Assembly (NCBI GenBank): GCA_016196885.1
Contig: JACPWU010000019.1
Location: forward strand, 1 to 32,000
From: Chlamydiota bacterium
GTDB lineage: Bacteria > Auribacterota > JACPWU01
DNA: 32,000 nt
Direction of reading: 5' to 3'
The notes under the pieces: generated by a model
The model's database searches: none
What the model saw: the letters and a program-made list of their open reading frames with translations, nothing else
What the model was told of the DNA's origin: nothing
Part shown: positions 17,151 through 25,540 of the stretch, piece by piece
Layout: each line of letters starts with the position of its first letter
Position numbering within the stretch: position 1 is the first letter of the stretch
Translations under genes and position numbers: made by a program

Positions 17151-19169
17151 TTAATGGGTTTCAGAAGCTGGACTTGCTCTCTTCAACCCCTCTTTTGTTG
17201 CTTGAATGGCTAAGTTTGCCTGTCCTTTTTCCTGATAAAGCTTGGCCATTCGAAAATAAATCATGAAATCGTTGGGGTTAAATTTTAGAGCTAAAAAGTA
17301 TTTTTCTTCTGCTTCTTCGATATGGCCTTGTTCGGTTAGTTTTTCAGCTTCCTTTTTTAGCTCTTGTGAGCGTCTGGCATCTTGCGGCCCAATGATGCGA
17401 TAAATCAAATATTTTCCGTTTCGATGGACCAGAGAAAATCTTTTGAGGAATTTTCCATATTCAAAACGTTCTGCTAGGAGAGTCCCCGCTCTTCCTTTTG
17501 TCCCTCGGCGCCGATTGGCCATATAGCCCCAGGAAAAGGCAGAAGAATCCTGGAAAGTCCCCAAGGCATGAACATAGAAATGGACCCCATTCTTGAGGCA
17601 ATATTGGTAAAAAGGGTCTTCCTCACTCTCAAAGAGCCTGATGGCAAAGGCCTGAATCTTCTCCCGCATGTCTTCGGATTCATATTTAGGATGAAGAACA
17701 ATCGCGCGTTCTCCATAAGTCAGAAGTGACGGAGAAAGTCCAAAAGGTGCCAAGAAACAAGCGTTCTTTGGGGTGTTTTCCCTCGTCCAGCGAGTCACAT
17801 CCTCTAAGTAAGAATAGGGGACAGCTCTTTCGAACTGTGAAAAATCCTTTGCAATACATTCTGCTTCAGCGAGTAACGTCAGGAGAATACATGTATTCCA
17901 GAAGAGCCTTAATCTGTTCCTTTGGAGAATGCCACCGGGTATCGAACCAATAAGACATGCCAAGAAAAAGACAAGATAAACTTCCAATCTTACAAAAGCC
18001 AAGGACAGTATAAGGAAGGCTGTAAAAAAATACAAGAGAAAAAATAATTTTATACCCCCCCTTATTTTAAGGGGGGGCTGGGGGGATACTTCCTTGATAG
18101 AAGTATAAATCCCAGGGAGGGCCAGAATGAGAAGAGGAAGAAGCATTTTGAAATGTCGCAGTGGGAAGGACTGCAGGGCTGGTGTCCAGAGAAGCCGGAC
18201 GTCAAAAGGAAGAAGGGCAGGGTCTTGAGGCTTCACATTCAGAAATTTAATTTTGTACCCAATGAGTTGAATCATGTGAGAATAAATGGAAAGGTAGGGA
18301 GAGAAGAGCCAGAGAGAAAAGAGGCAGAAAAAAAGAATGGAGAAGAATAATTTTTTATTTTTCCCATGCCAAAGATCAATGAGACAGAGGGAGTAAAGTC
18401 CCATCATTCCTGGCGAGTATAAGAATTGATGGTCCCGAAAATAGGGATGTAAGAGTGCACAAGGGATGAGGACTGAAAGATAAGTGGACGATGGAGGATG
18501 GACGGTGGAGGATGGACGGAAAAGAAATCTGCATATTTCATAAAGCACCCATAGAATAAAATAAATCTGGGCTCCATCCCAGATCATCAAGGAGAGGGCC
18601 AGACTTAATGCGGCCAAAGGGGTTTTGATTTTTTGAGAAGGACGTATCATCAAAGCAAAATGAAAAAAGAGAAAGGGTAGGGCAAAATTTTCTCGAGAAT
18701 ATTCAATGCCCGTCGAGCGCACCACCGAAAAGGTGCTGAGGCCGTAAATGAGGCTTGCGCCTAGGGCCAAAAGGGCATTGTTCGAAGAGGAGTAACAAAT
18801 CCAAAAAATGAGAAAAATTGCGAGACTCAAAAAAAAAGGCTGGGCGGTTCTCACAAATTCTGTGTAAGGGATTTTTTTGAAACAGCTTCGATAGACAGTG
18901 CTCAAGATATGATCCACCGTCAGGGAAAGTTTTGCCTCGGCATCTAAGCCTTCGGGATATTGAGCCTTGAAATCAAGGAAGGGAATTTTTTGCCCCTCTG
19001 CTAAAAGATTCGAAAAATAAAAAAGGAAGGCACTTTCCAGGGTAAAGGGAAGAACACCTGCCTGTCGTAACTCCGCTGTTTTACGAATTTCAATGCGGGT
19101 GTAAACACATAAGAGATAGATGGTAGTAAGGATTAATGAAATGATTAGGGTTTGAAAATGTTTTTTCAT
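17151..19169 (-). CDS. polytopic membrane protein with C-terminal TPR repeats (same architecture as 4548-6470; function unassigned)
   Basis: 672 aa. About 430 aa are multi-TM, followed by a soluble domain and a C-terminal TPR (EEKYFLALKFNPNDFMIYFRMAKLYQEKGQANLAI). Confidence 0.75.
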   Translation of the reverse strand: MKKHFQTLIISLILTTIYLLCVYTRIEIRKTAELRQAGVLPFTLESAFLFYFSNLLAEGQKIPFLDFKAQYPEGLDAEAKLSLTVDHILSTVYRSCFKKIPYTEFVRTAQPFFLSLAIFLIFWICYSSSNNALLALGASLIYGLSTFSVVRSTGIEYSRENFALPFLFFHFALMIRPSQKIKTPLAALSLALSLMIWDGAQIYFILWVLYEICRFLFRPSSTVHPPSSTYLSVLIPCALLHPYFRDHQFLYSPGMMGLYSLCLIDLWHGKNKKLFFSILFFCLFSLWLFSPYLSIYSHMIQLIGYKIKFLNVKPQDPALLPFDVRLLWTPALQSFPLRHFKMLLPLLILALPGIYTSIKEVSPQPPLKIRGGIKLFFLLYFFTAFLILSLAFVRLEVYLVFFLACLIGSIPGGILQRNRLRLFWNTCILLTLLAEAECIAKDFSQFERAVPYSYLEDVTRWTRENTPKNACFLAPFGLSPSLLTYGERAIVLHPKYESEDMREKIQAFAIRLFESEEDPFYQYCLKNGVHFYVHALGTFQDSSAFSWGYMANRRRGTKGRAGTLLAERFEYGKFLKRFSLVHRNGKYLIYRIIGPQDARRSQELKKEAEKLTEQGHIEEAEEKYFLALKFNPNDFMIYFRMAKLYQEKGQANLAIQATKEGLKRASPASETH

Positions 19170-19184
19170 GGGTCAAGCGAGAAG

Positions 19185-19266
19185 GTTCAAAAGTTTAAAA
19201 GTTTAAAGGTTCTAAAGTTTGAAGAATTCGTCATCTTTGAACCCTTGAACCTTTAAACTTTTGAAC
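19185..19266. repeat. octad-arm hairpin H5 (polA | membrane-TPR gene spacer)
   Basis: Left arm GTTCAAAA GTTTAAAA GTTTAAAG GTTCTAAA GTTTGAAG; right arm CTTTGAAC CCTTGAAC CTTTAAAC TTTTGAAC. The period is 8 nt in both arms. Confidence 0.8.
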
Positions 19267-19272
19267 AAGTCG

Positions 19273-21855
19273 TTAAATCTCCATCCAATTCTTCCCGGTG
19301 TGGATGTCCACTTTTAATTTTACCTTGAGGGGAAAGACGTTTTCCATGTTTTCCTGAATCAAGGGTTTTATTTTTTTTAATTCATTTTGGGGAACGATGA
19401 AAATCAGTTCGTCATGGATTTGAAGTACCATTTTGGATTTAAGATGCGATGCGGTGAGTGCCTGATGAACCTTTAGCATGGCCATTTTCATCAAATCGGC
19501 TGCGGTCCCCTGGATGGGTGTATTGATCGCCATCCTTTCCGCCATTTGTCGAATTTGCATTTGAGGATTTGTGAGATCGGGGAGGTATCTCTTTCTCCCC
19601 ATCAGAGTGGTGACAAAACCCTCCCGTCTGGCCTTTTCCAAAATGCCCTTCAAGAAATCTTGGACCTGAGGAAAGCGCTGAAAATATTGGTTCATAAAAT
19701 GCCCTGCTTCTTCAGAAGAGACCCCAAGCTCTTTCGAAAGTCCATAAACACTCATCCCGTAGAGAATGCCAAAATTGATGGTCTTGGCTTTGGATCTCAT
19801 GGTGTCATCCACCTCGCTCTCCTGGACATGAAAAATCGCTTGGGCTGTCCACCGGTGAATGTCTTCATCTTGCTCGAAGGCTGTCATCAGACCCGGATCT
19901 CCTGAGAGGTGGGCCAGGACTCTCAGTTCAATTTGGGAATAATCTGCTGAGACAAGGAGAGTCTCAGGCGGGGCCACAAAGGCGGAGCGGATTTTTTTTC
20001 CGAGGGTACTTCGAATCGGAATATTTTGCAAATTGGGCTCACTGCTCGAGAGCCGCCCGGTCTCGGCGATCGTTTGGTGAAAGGTGGTGTGCAGGCGCCC
20101 TGTCTCAGGGTGAACCAAAAGAGGCAGGCTCTCCACGTAAGTAGATTTAAGTTTGGAAATCTGCCTAAATTCTAAAAGCAGAGGAATGATGAGATGATGA
20201 TCTATCAATTGGGTGAGAACTTCTGCATTGGTAGAATAACCCGTTTTCGTCTTTTTAAGGACAGGGAGCTTCAATTTTTCAAAAAGGATTTTCGAGAGTT
20301 CTTTCGTAGATTGAATGTTAAAGGATTCTCCAGCCCCTGCATGAATTTTTTTCTCGAGTTCTTGAAGAGAATGCTCGAAATCGTGGCTCATTTTCTGAAG
20401 CTGGGCTCTGTCAATGGGAATCCCCGTTTTTTCCATATCAGCGAGAACTTCGATCAAGGGCAATTCGATTTTTTGAAAGAGATTTTCCTGTCCAGAATCT
20501 TTAAGCTGAGCCTCTAAAATGGGCATGAGCTCTAATGTGATGAGGGAATCTTGAACGGTAACTTGGGAGGGATCTTTTAAGATAGGAGGAGGGGATTTGA
20601 GAAAATAATTCGCCAAGTCCGTGAGGTTTTGATGATGAAGGGAGGGATTGATAAGAAAGGAAGCGATCATCACATCAAAGAAAAGGCCTTCTAGAGGCAG
20701 GTTATGATTTTCTAAAATCAGTTTTATTCTTTTTAAATCGTATCCGACTTTTAAAACTTGAGGGTCTTTTAAAATTTTTCGCAAGGAGTCCAGTGTGTTC
20801 TGATCTCCAAGACTAAGGGAATAAGTTTCTTGAGGAGAGAGGGCAATGGCGACTTCGATCAAACGCATTTTTAGGGGATGATCTCCCTCGGCTCTTAAAG
20901 CAAGGCCAATGGGCTTGCCTGCATCTATTCTGAAATTCGAGGCAATTTTATTTTTAGCGGTTGGAAAGGGAGTGGATGTAGAAGCTTCTGGATGAGGGGC
21001 GATTTCTTTTAGAAAATCTCTGAATTCTAAGGTCTTAAAAATTTCTGTGAGGCGGGGGATGTCTTTTTCTTTTAAGGCAGTATCCTCGGGGGAAATCTCA
21101 AGAGGCACCTCGAGGTTTAAGGTAGCCAATTGTTTGCTTAAACGCGCCTCTTTTTCATGAGGGATGAGTGCAACTTTTCGAATTTTTCCCTTTTGAGACC
21201 AGGGAGTTTCGAAAATTTGTTCGAGGTTTTCAAATTCTTGAAGGAGGAGGACAGCCGTTTTGGGTCCTACGCCTGTGACGCCGGGAATATTGTCGGAGCT
21301 GTCTCCAATGAGGGCCAAAAGATCAGGGATTTGTGAGGCGCGAACGCCGTGACGTTCTTCCACGCCCTTTTCATTCAGGATCAAGTTTTCAGCAGGATTG
21401 GGGATGACGCGAACGTGGGGGCCGACCATTTGCAGAATGTCCTTATCGGGACTGATCACAAGAACTTCAAAATTTTCTTGAGCCTTTTTTGCCAGGCTTC
21501 CAATGACGTCATCGGCCTCTACGCCTGAAATTTCAAAAACGCTAAGGCCATAAGCCTTAGAGAGATCTTTGATCCAAGGAAGTTGCATCACCAGTTCATC
21601 GGGCATGGGCTTTCGATGGGCCTTGTAATCCTCAAAGGCCTCATGGCGAAAGGTGGGCCCCTTGGCGTCGAATACCATGGCCAGATGGGTGGGGGCATGT
21701 TCCGTGATAAATTTTTGAAGCATTTTAGCAAAGCCAAAAACGGCGTTGGTCGGCTCACCCTTGGAATTTCTTAAAAGACGAATGGCATAAAAAGCCCGAT
21801 AAATCAGGCTTGTGCCGTCGAAAATGTATAGAGTTTGTCTTGAAGAAGTTTTCAT
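19273..21855 (-). CDS. polA: DNA polymerase I
   Basis: 860 aa with an N-terminal 5'-3' exonuclease domain (GEPTNAVFGF), a central 3'-5' exo-like domain, and pol motifs ADYSQIELRVLAH and LQIHDELIF. Confidence 0.95.
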   Translation of the reverse strand: MKTSSRQTLYIFDGTSLIYRAFYAIRLLRNSKGEPTNAVFGFAKMLQKFITEHAPTHLAMVFDAKGPTFRHEAFEDYKAHRKPMPDELVMQLPWIKDLSKAYGLSVFEISGVEADDVIGSLAKKAQENFEVLVISPDKDILQMVGPHVRVIPNPAENLILNEKGVEERHGVRASQIPDLLALIGDSSDNIPGVTGVGPKTAVLLLQEFENLEQIFETPWSQKGKIRKVALIPHEKEARLSKQLATLNLEVPLEISPEDTALKEKDIPRLTEIFKTLEFRDFLKEIAPHPEASTSTPFPTAKNKIASNFRIDAGKPIGLALRAEGDHPLKMRLIEVAIALSPQETYSLSLGDQNTLDSLRKILKDPQVLKVGYDLKRIKLILENHNLPLEGLFFDVMIASFLINPSLHHQNLTDLANYFLKSPPPILKDPSQVTVQDSLITLELMPILEAQLKDSGQENLFQKIELPLIEVLADMEKTGIPIDRAQLQKMSHDFEHSLQELEKKIHAGAGESFNIQSTKELSKILFEKLKLPVLKKTKTGYSTNAEVLTQLIDHHLIIPLLLEFRQISKLKSTYVESLPLLVHPETGRLHTTFHQTIAETGRLSSSEPNLQNIPIRSTLGKKIRSAFVAPPETLLVSADYSQIELRVLAHLSGDPGLMTAFEQDEDIHRWTAQAIFHVQESEVDDTMRSKAKTINFGILYGMSVYGLSKELGVSSEEAGHFMNQYFQRFPQVQDFLKGILEKARREGFVTTLMGRKRYLPDLTNPQMQIRQMAERMAINTPIQGTAADLMKMAMLKVHQALTASHLKSKMVLQIHDELIFIVPQNELKKIKPLIQENMENVFPLKVKLKVDIHTGKNWMEI

Positions 21856-21862
21856 ATATTAA

Positions 21863-21949
21863 GTCAATAGTCCTATCTTAGTCCACAGTCCATAGTCCAC
21901 AGTCGATAGCTTATAATGTTTTTTATCTATGGACCATGGACTGTGGACT
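21863..21949. repeat. heptad-arm hairpin H6 (secretin | polA spacer)
   Basis: Left arm (GTCAATA GTCCTAT ctta) GTCCACA GTCCATA GTCCACA GTCGATA; right arm CTATGGA CCATGGA CTGTGGA CTG. About 23 bp pair with 2 mismatches. Confidence 0.8.
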
Positions 21950-21960
21950 GAATTTGAAAA

Positions 21961-24504
21961 TCAATCTCTTCTCGAAAGCAGGGTTGTGGAAGGCACTCCT
22001 GCGGGAACTGCAGGCATGGCGGCTGGGGTTTCGGGTTTAGCCTGCGGAACCAAGGTTTCACCGGGCTCCATTTGCGTGGGGCCATAGGGATCACCCGAAG
22101 GGGTCAAAAGTTCGGCCGTGACGAAGATGATCAAGTTCTTTTTAACACTGATTTCCCCCTTTTTTCGGAAGAGAAGCCCCAAAAAGGGAACGTCTCCCAG
22201 AATGGGAATTTTATCATGGTAAGCACTGATTTGGTCGCGGATCATGCCTCCGAGGACAACCGTGTCTCCATCATCCACAATCACACTCGTGGTCACATTG
22301 CGGGTCGAAAAAAGAGGTTGCAAAATGGGATATCCGGGCAGTGTTCTTAAGACGCCATCGGTTCCCGTGAAGGTCTGGGTTGGAACACCGTAGTCCAGCC
22401 ACGTCACAAATTCACTCACCTCCGGGATGATCGTAAGATTGACGGTTTTTCGGTCAGCGCCTACATTCGGGGTCACATCCAGGACAATGCCGATGTCTCG
22501 TGTTTCAAAATTTCCGGGAGAAACCACCGGAGGCGTTGTGACAGTGCCTTGGCTGTTGGTCGTAGCGGGCGTGACATCATATTCTGTTGGATAAATAAAT
22601 TCTTGAACCACTTTGATCTGTGCCCTTTGGCCGTTCACCGTGGTCACGCGGGGGCTGGACAAGAGATTGCTTTTGGTTTTTTGGCTGATGGCATGGAGTA
22701 CAATTGAAAATTCAGGCTTGGTCAAAATACCAGAGAAAGAAACGATGGGGTTGGCTGCCCCCGTCAGGCTCGTGGAGATTTGGCCTGTCAGAGGATCTGA
22801 GGTGAAATATCTCAAATTTCCAGATAGGGCTTGATCGTAAGGTGTCGCTCCTACGGTTTTGGTCAGACGGTCAAATTGGAATCTTTGGAGGGCACCGGCA
22901 GGGGTCAATCCTCCCGTGGATCCTTCATGGAGAAAAAACTTTAAGTCATCTCTCAAAAGCCATTCGAGTCCCATTTCTTCAGCATCTGCGTTCTCCAGTT
23001 CAATGAAACGGGCGGTGATGGCCACCTGATAGGGGGCTACATCCAATGTTCTTAAAATGTCTTCAACAATCTTGAGATTGGTTGGGGTGTTTCGAACGAT
23101 CAAGGTCCCCGTCCTTTGATCCAGAAAAATTTTACTTCCCTCAGGCCAAGGAACGCCGCTTTGTTCCAGTACATCCTTGATGGTGATGGTTTCAGAGACT
23201 TCACCTCCCTGACTGCCCGGTTCTACCCTTTTGGCCTTTTTTTCTTCAGGTTGACTCATTTCAAAAGAGGTGAAGGCGGCCACCCCGCTTGACAAATGGT
23301 AATACCGGGTTTCGTAATCTTCAGGCGGGACATAGTCTGCTGCGACAATGATGATGGCATAATCTTCAATCATGTAGCGTAGACCCTTGGCCCTCAAAAT
23401 ATATTTCAAGGCCTCGATGAGGGGCACGTCCTTGAGGCTGATGGTCACGCGGTCTGATTTTTGAGCCGATGGGGGAGGAGGGGCTGATGCTTCCCCCCCA
23501 GGAGCGTTCTTGGGAGTTGAATGGGATGGAGGAGCCTGCGCTTGCCCTACGGGCTCGGAGGCTCTCAGAGCGGCCTCTTCGGAACTCAGGGCTTGAAAGA
23601 CGGATTCATCCATGATGATGTTAATCCCAGAAATTCTAGAAAGATATTTTACCACATCGGCCAAATGGGCATTGTTGAAGTTGATGGCGGGTATGATTTG
23701 CTCACTTTGGGTTTCCAAATCTTTGCGGGCCTGTGATTCTTCAAGAGGCATTTTCCAGGGCGGAACAATTTCTAAGGCTGGCTTTTCCTTTTTTGGAGGA
23801 AGCCATTCCTTTTGAACGTCCATCATTCGCGATGCCTCCTCGATCGTTTGGCGCTCGGCGTTGAAAGAATTCTGACGGTTTTGGAGAAGCAGGATGTATT
23901 TTCTTGCAATCACGTGGTAGGGATTGTACTCCAGAACTTCCTCAAATTTTTCTTGGGCCTCGTCCAATTTTCCTTCATTTAAGAGGGCTCGTCCTTTTTC
24001 AAAAAGGGTTCGGGCCTTCGCGAGATTAGGACTGTGCTTCCACTTCAATGACTCTTCAGAACCGGTCTCTTCGGGAGGAGGGAGGGGGGCTTCTTCGGGT
24101 GTGGCCGCAGACAAATGATGGAGAGAGGCCTCTTTGTATTTCTGGGAACGGCCGTAACTTGGATCTGCCGAAAGGGATTTTTCAAAAAAGGGGATGGCCT
24201 CTTCATATTCACCTTTTTGATAAAGGGCCAGACCCTGTTTGAAATATTTTTTTGCTTCTTGTTTCTTGATTTGACCGAGGGCCTTGGAAAGTTCTAGATT
24301 GTTGGGATCCTGAGAAAGGGCTTGGTTCAGTAAGCGAACAGCCTCTTGGAAATGACCTTCTTTTTGAAGTGACTTGGCTTGCTCGATTGCTCGATCGGAG
24401 GCGTTCTCTTCCTGAGCCCAAACGCCCAGAGAGACGCTTGAAAGAATCAACGCAATCACCAGAGCCAAAGAAGTGATGGCTCGAAACGCCCCCCCGTTCC
24501 TCAT
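21961..24504 (-). CDS. secretin (PilQ/GspD family) with N-terminal TPR block
   Basis: 847 aa with a signal peptide, TPR repeats (aa ~40-210), an STN-like segment INFNNAHLADVVKYLSRISGINIIMDE, a Pro-rich linker, and the C-terminal secretin motif VVLGGMI...KIPILGDVPFLGLLFRKK. Confidence 0.9.
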   Translation of the reverse strand: MRNGGAFRAITSLALVIALILSSVSLGVWAQEENASDRAIEQAKSLQKEGHFQEAVRLLNQALSQDPNNLELSKALGQIKKQEAKKYFKQGLALYQKGEYEEAIPFFEKSLSADPSYGRSQKYKEASLHHLSAATPEEAPLPPPEETGSEESLKWKHSPNLAKARTLFEKGRALLNEGKLDEAQEKFEEVLEYNPYHVIARKYILLLQNRQNSFNAERQTIEEASRMMDVQKEWLPPKKEKPALEIVPPWKMPLEESQARKDLETQSEQIIPAINFNNAHLADVVKYLSRISGINIIMDESVFQALSSEEAALRASEPVGQAQAPPSHSTPKNAPGGEASAPPPPSAQKSDRVTISLKDVPLIEALKYILRAKGLRYMIEDYAIIIVAADYVPPEDYETRYYHLSSGVAAFTSFEMSQPEEKKAKRVEPGSQGGEVSETITIKDVLEQSGVPWPEGSKIFLDQRTGTLIVRNTPTNLKIVEDILRTLDVAPYQVAITARFIELENADAEEMGLEWLLRDDLKFFLHEGSTGGLTPAGALQRFQFDRLTKTVGATPYDQALSGNLRYFTSDPLTGQISTSLTGAANPIVSFSGILTKPEFSIVLHAISQKTKSNLLSSPRVTTVNGQRAQIKVVQEFIYPTEYDVTPATTNSQGTVTTPPVVSPGNFETRDIGIVLDVTPNVGADRKTVNLTIIPEVSEFVTWLDYGVPTQTFTGTDGVLRTLPGYPILQPLFSTRNVTTSVIVDDGDTVVLGGMIRDQISAYHDKIPILGDVPFLGLLFRKKGEISVKKNLIIFVTAELLTPSGDPYGPTQMEPGETLVPQAKPETPAAMPAVPAGVPSTTLLSRRD

Positions 24505-24518
24505 CGTTCACCTTTTAC

Positions 24519-24591
24519 CAGCGTTCAGTGCACAGCGTATAGCGTTCAGAAAAAAATGATGGTTGGCTTTTCCTGACCGCTGACCGCTGAA
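24519..24591. repeat. heptad-arm hairpin H7, inside the pilus-like operon
   Basis: Left arm CAGCGTT CAGTGCA CAGCGTA TAGCGTT CAG; right arm CTGACCG CTGACCG CTGAA. The 23-nt loop starts with A7. It shares the CAGCGTT unit with H3 and ends 1 nt from the upstream stop. Confidence 0.65.
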
Positions 24592-24592
24592 T

Positions 24593-25540
24593 TTAGAATT
24601 CGCTTCGCTCTAGGGTGTAGACTTTTTTACCCCGCGAAATTACAACTTTTAAAGGGGTGATGTCAAGGACTTTGTAGGCGTGAATTTTGCTCCCGGAGTG
24701 GACCACGTATTGTTTACCTGAGATGTTATCTTGAATCACGGCGTAAAGCTCTTTTTCAAAAGAGGGATGTCCTAAAATCAGTGTCATGGGCGGATTTTTT
24801 CTTTTTTGAATTTTGATCTGGGATGTGTCAATCTCCTCCTCGGCATTGATTTGGGTGTTGAATTTTTTCTCAGAGGCCTGAGTAAATTCCAAGATTTTAT
24901 AACCTCGGATTTTTTCTCCCACTTTTGAAAAGGCCGTTTGTTGTCCCCAATTGATTTGGAATTGAAATGAGCTGTCGGGCAATTGAATGTATCCGAAGAA
25001 ATTGATTTTGGTCCCCTGGCGGTAGATTTTGGAGACACGCATCTTGATGATACCAGGAAAACTGTTGGGATCTTTGGGATCGGATCCCCCTCGGTACTCA
25101 TCGAGATTCGTATAGTTATCCTGATCCAAATCTCCCGAGGCGTCTTGTGTGTCCAGAGGATCCAGGCCGAAACGGCTCTCCCAATTGTCAGGCATTCCAT
25201 CATGATCCGAATCCAATGTTTCTTTCTCCCGACCTTGGCGGGGTGCCTCTTCGGATTTGGGTGAGAAAAGATCACGATAAGCTGTTTTTTCTTCAGGGCC
25301 AGACTCCTGAATCGTTTTGACCAGGGTGCTGTATTCTTCTTCCGAGAAAATGGGAGGGGTGTTTTTAGAGACTGAAGGTTCATCGGAGGGAAGGCCGGCT
25401 TCAGTTTGCCCCAACTCATGAATGAAAGAGGTGGTGAGCCGGATCAAATTGCCTGCAAAGAGGGCAATCATACAGAAGAGCAGGATTTTTTCAAGATGCT
25501 GAAGAAGAAATTTTTTAAAAATAAAAAGGTAATAGTTCAT
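24593..25540 (-). CDS. membrane-anchored pilus-system protein with acidic Ca-binding-type repeats (PilP position; Amuc_1099-like from memory)
   Basis: 315 aa with an N-terminal TM (ILLFCMIALFAGNLI) and DSDHDGMPDNWESRFGLDPLDTQDASGDLDQDNYTNLDEYRGGSDPKDP (thrombospondin-type-3-like DxDxDG). Its start overlaps the upstream stop (ATGA). Confidence 0.65.
   Translation of the reverse strand: MNYYLFIFKKFLLQHLEKILLFCMIALFAGNLIRLTTSFIHELGQTEAGLPSDEPSVSKNTPPIFSEEEYSTLVKTIQESGPEEKTAYRDLFSPKSEEAPRQGREKETLDSDHDGMPDNWESRFGLDPLDTQDASGDLDQDNYTNLDEYRGGSDPKDPNSFPGIIKMRVSKIYRQGTKINFFGYIQLPDSSFQFQINWGQQTAFSKVGEKIRGYKILEFTQASEKKFNTQINAEEEIDTSQIKIQKRKNPPMTLILGHPSFEKELYAVIQDNISGKQYVVHSGSKIHAYKVLDITPLKVVISRGKKVYTLERSEF

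Noticed and set aside
4239-24591. Interpreting the heptad hairpins as ordinary VNTRs or as standard rho-independent terminators
   Set aside because: They are not plain tandem repeats, because each array is matched by a complementary array in register across an A/T loop. They are not textbook terminators, because no U-tract directly follows the stem on the coding strand (H1 is the possible exception).
24784-25419. 211-aa alternative-frame ORF inside the 24593-25540 gene, and similar nested or antisense ORFs (e.g. 1702-2238, 11381-11941, 19546-19905, 15448-15819)
   Set aside because: They overlap genes with clear family motifs and have Arg/Lys/Ser-rich, shadow-frame-like composition. The main-frame products explain the sequence.
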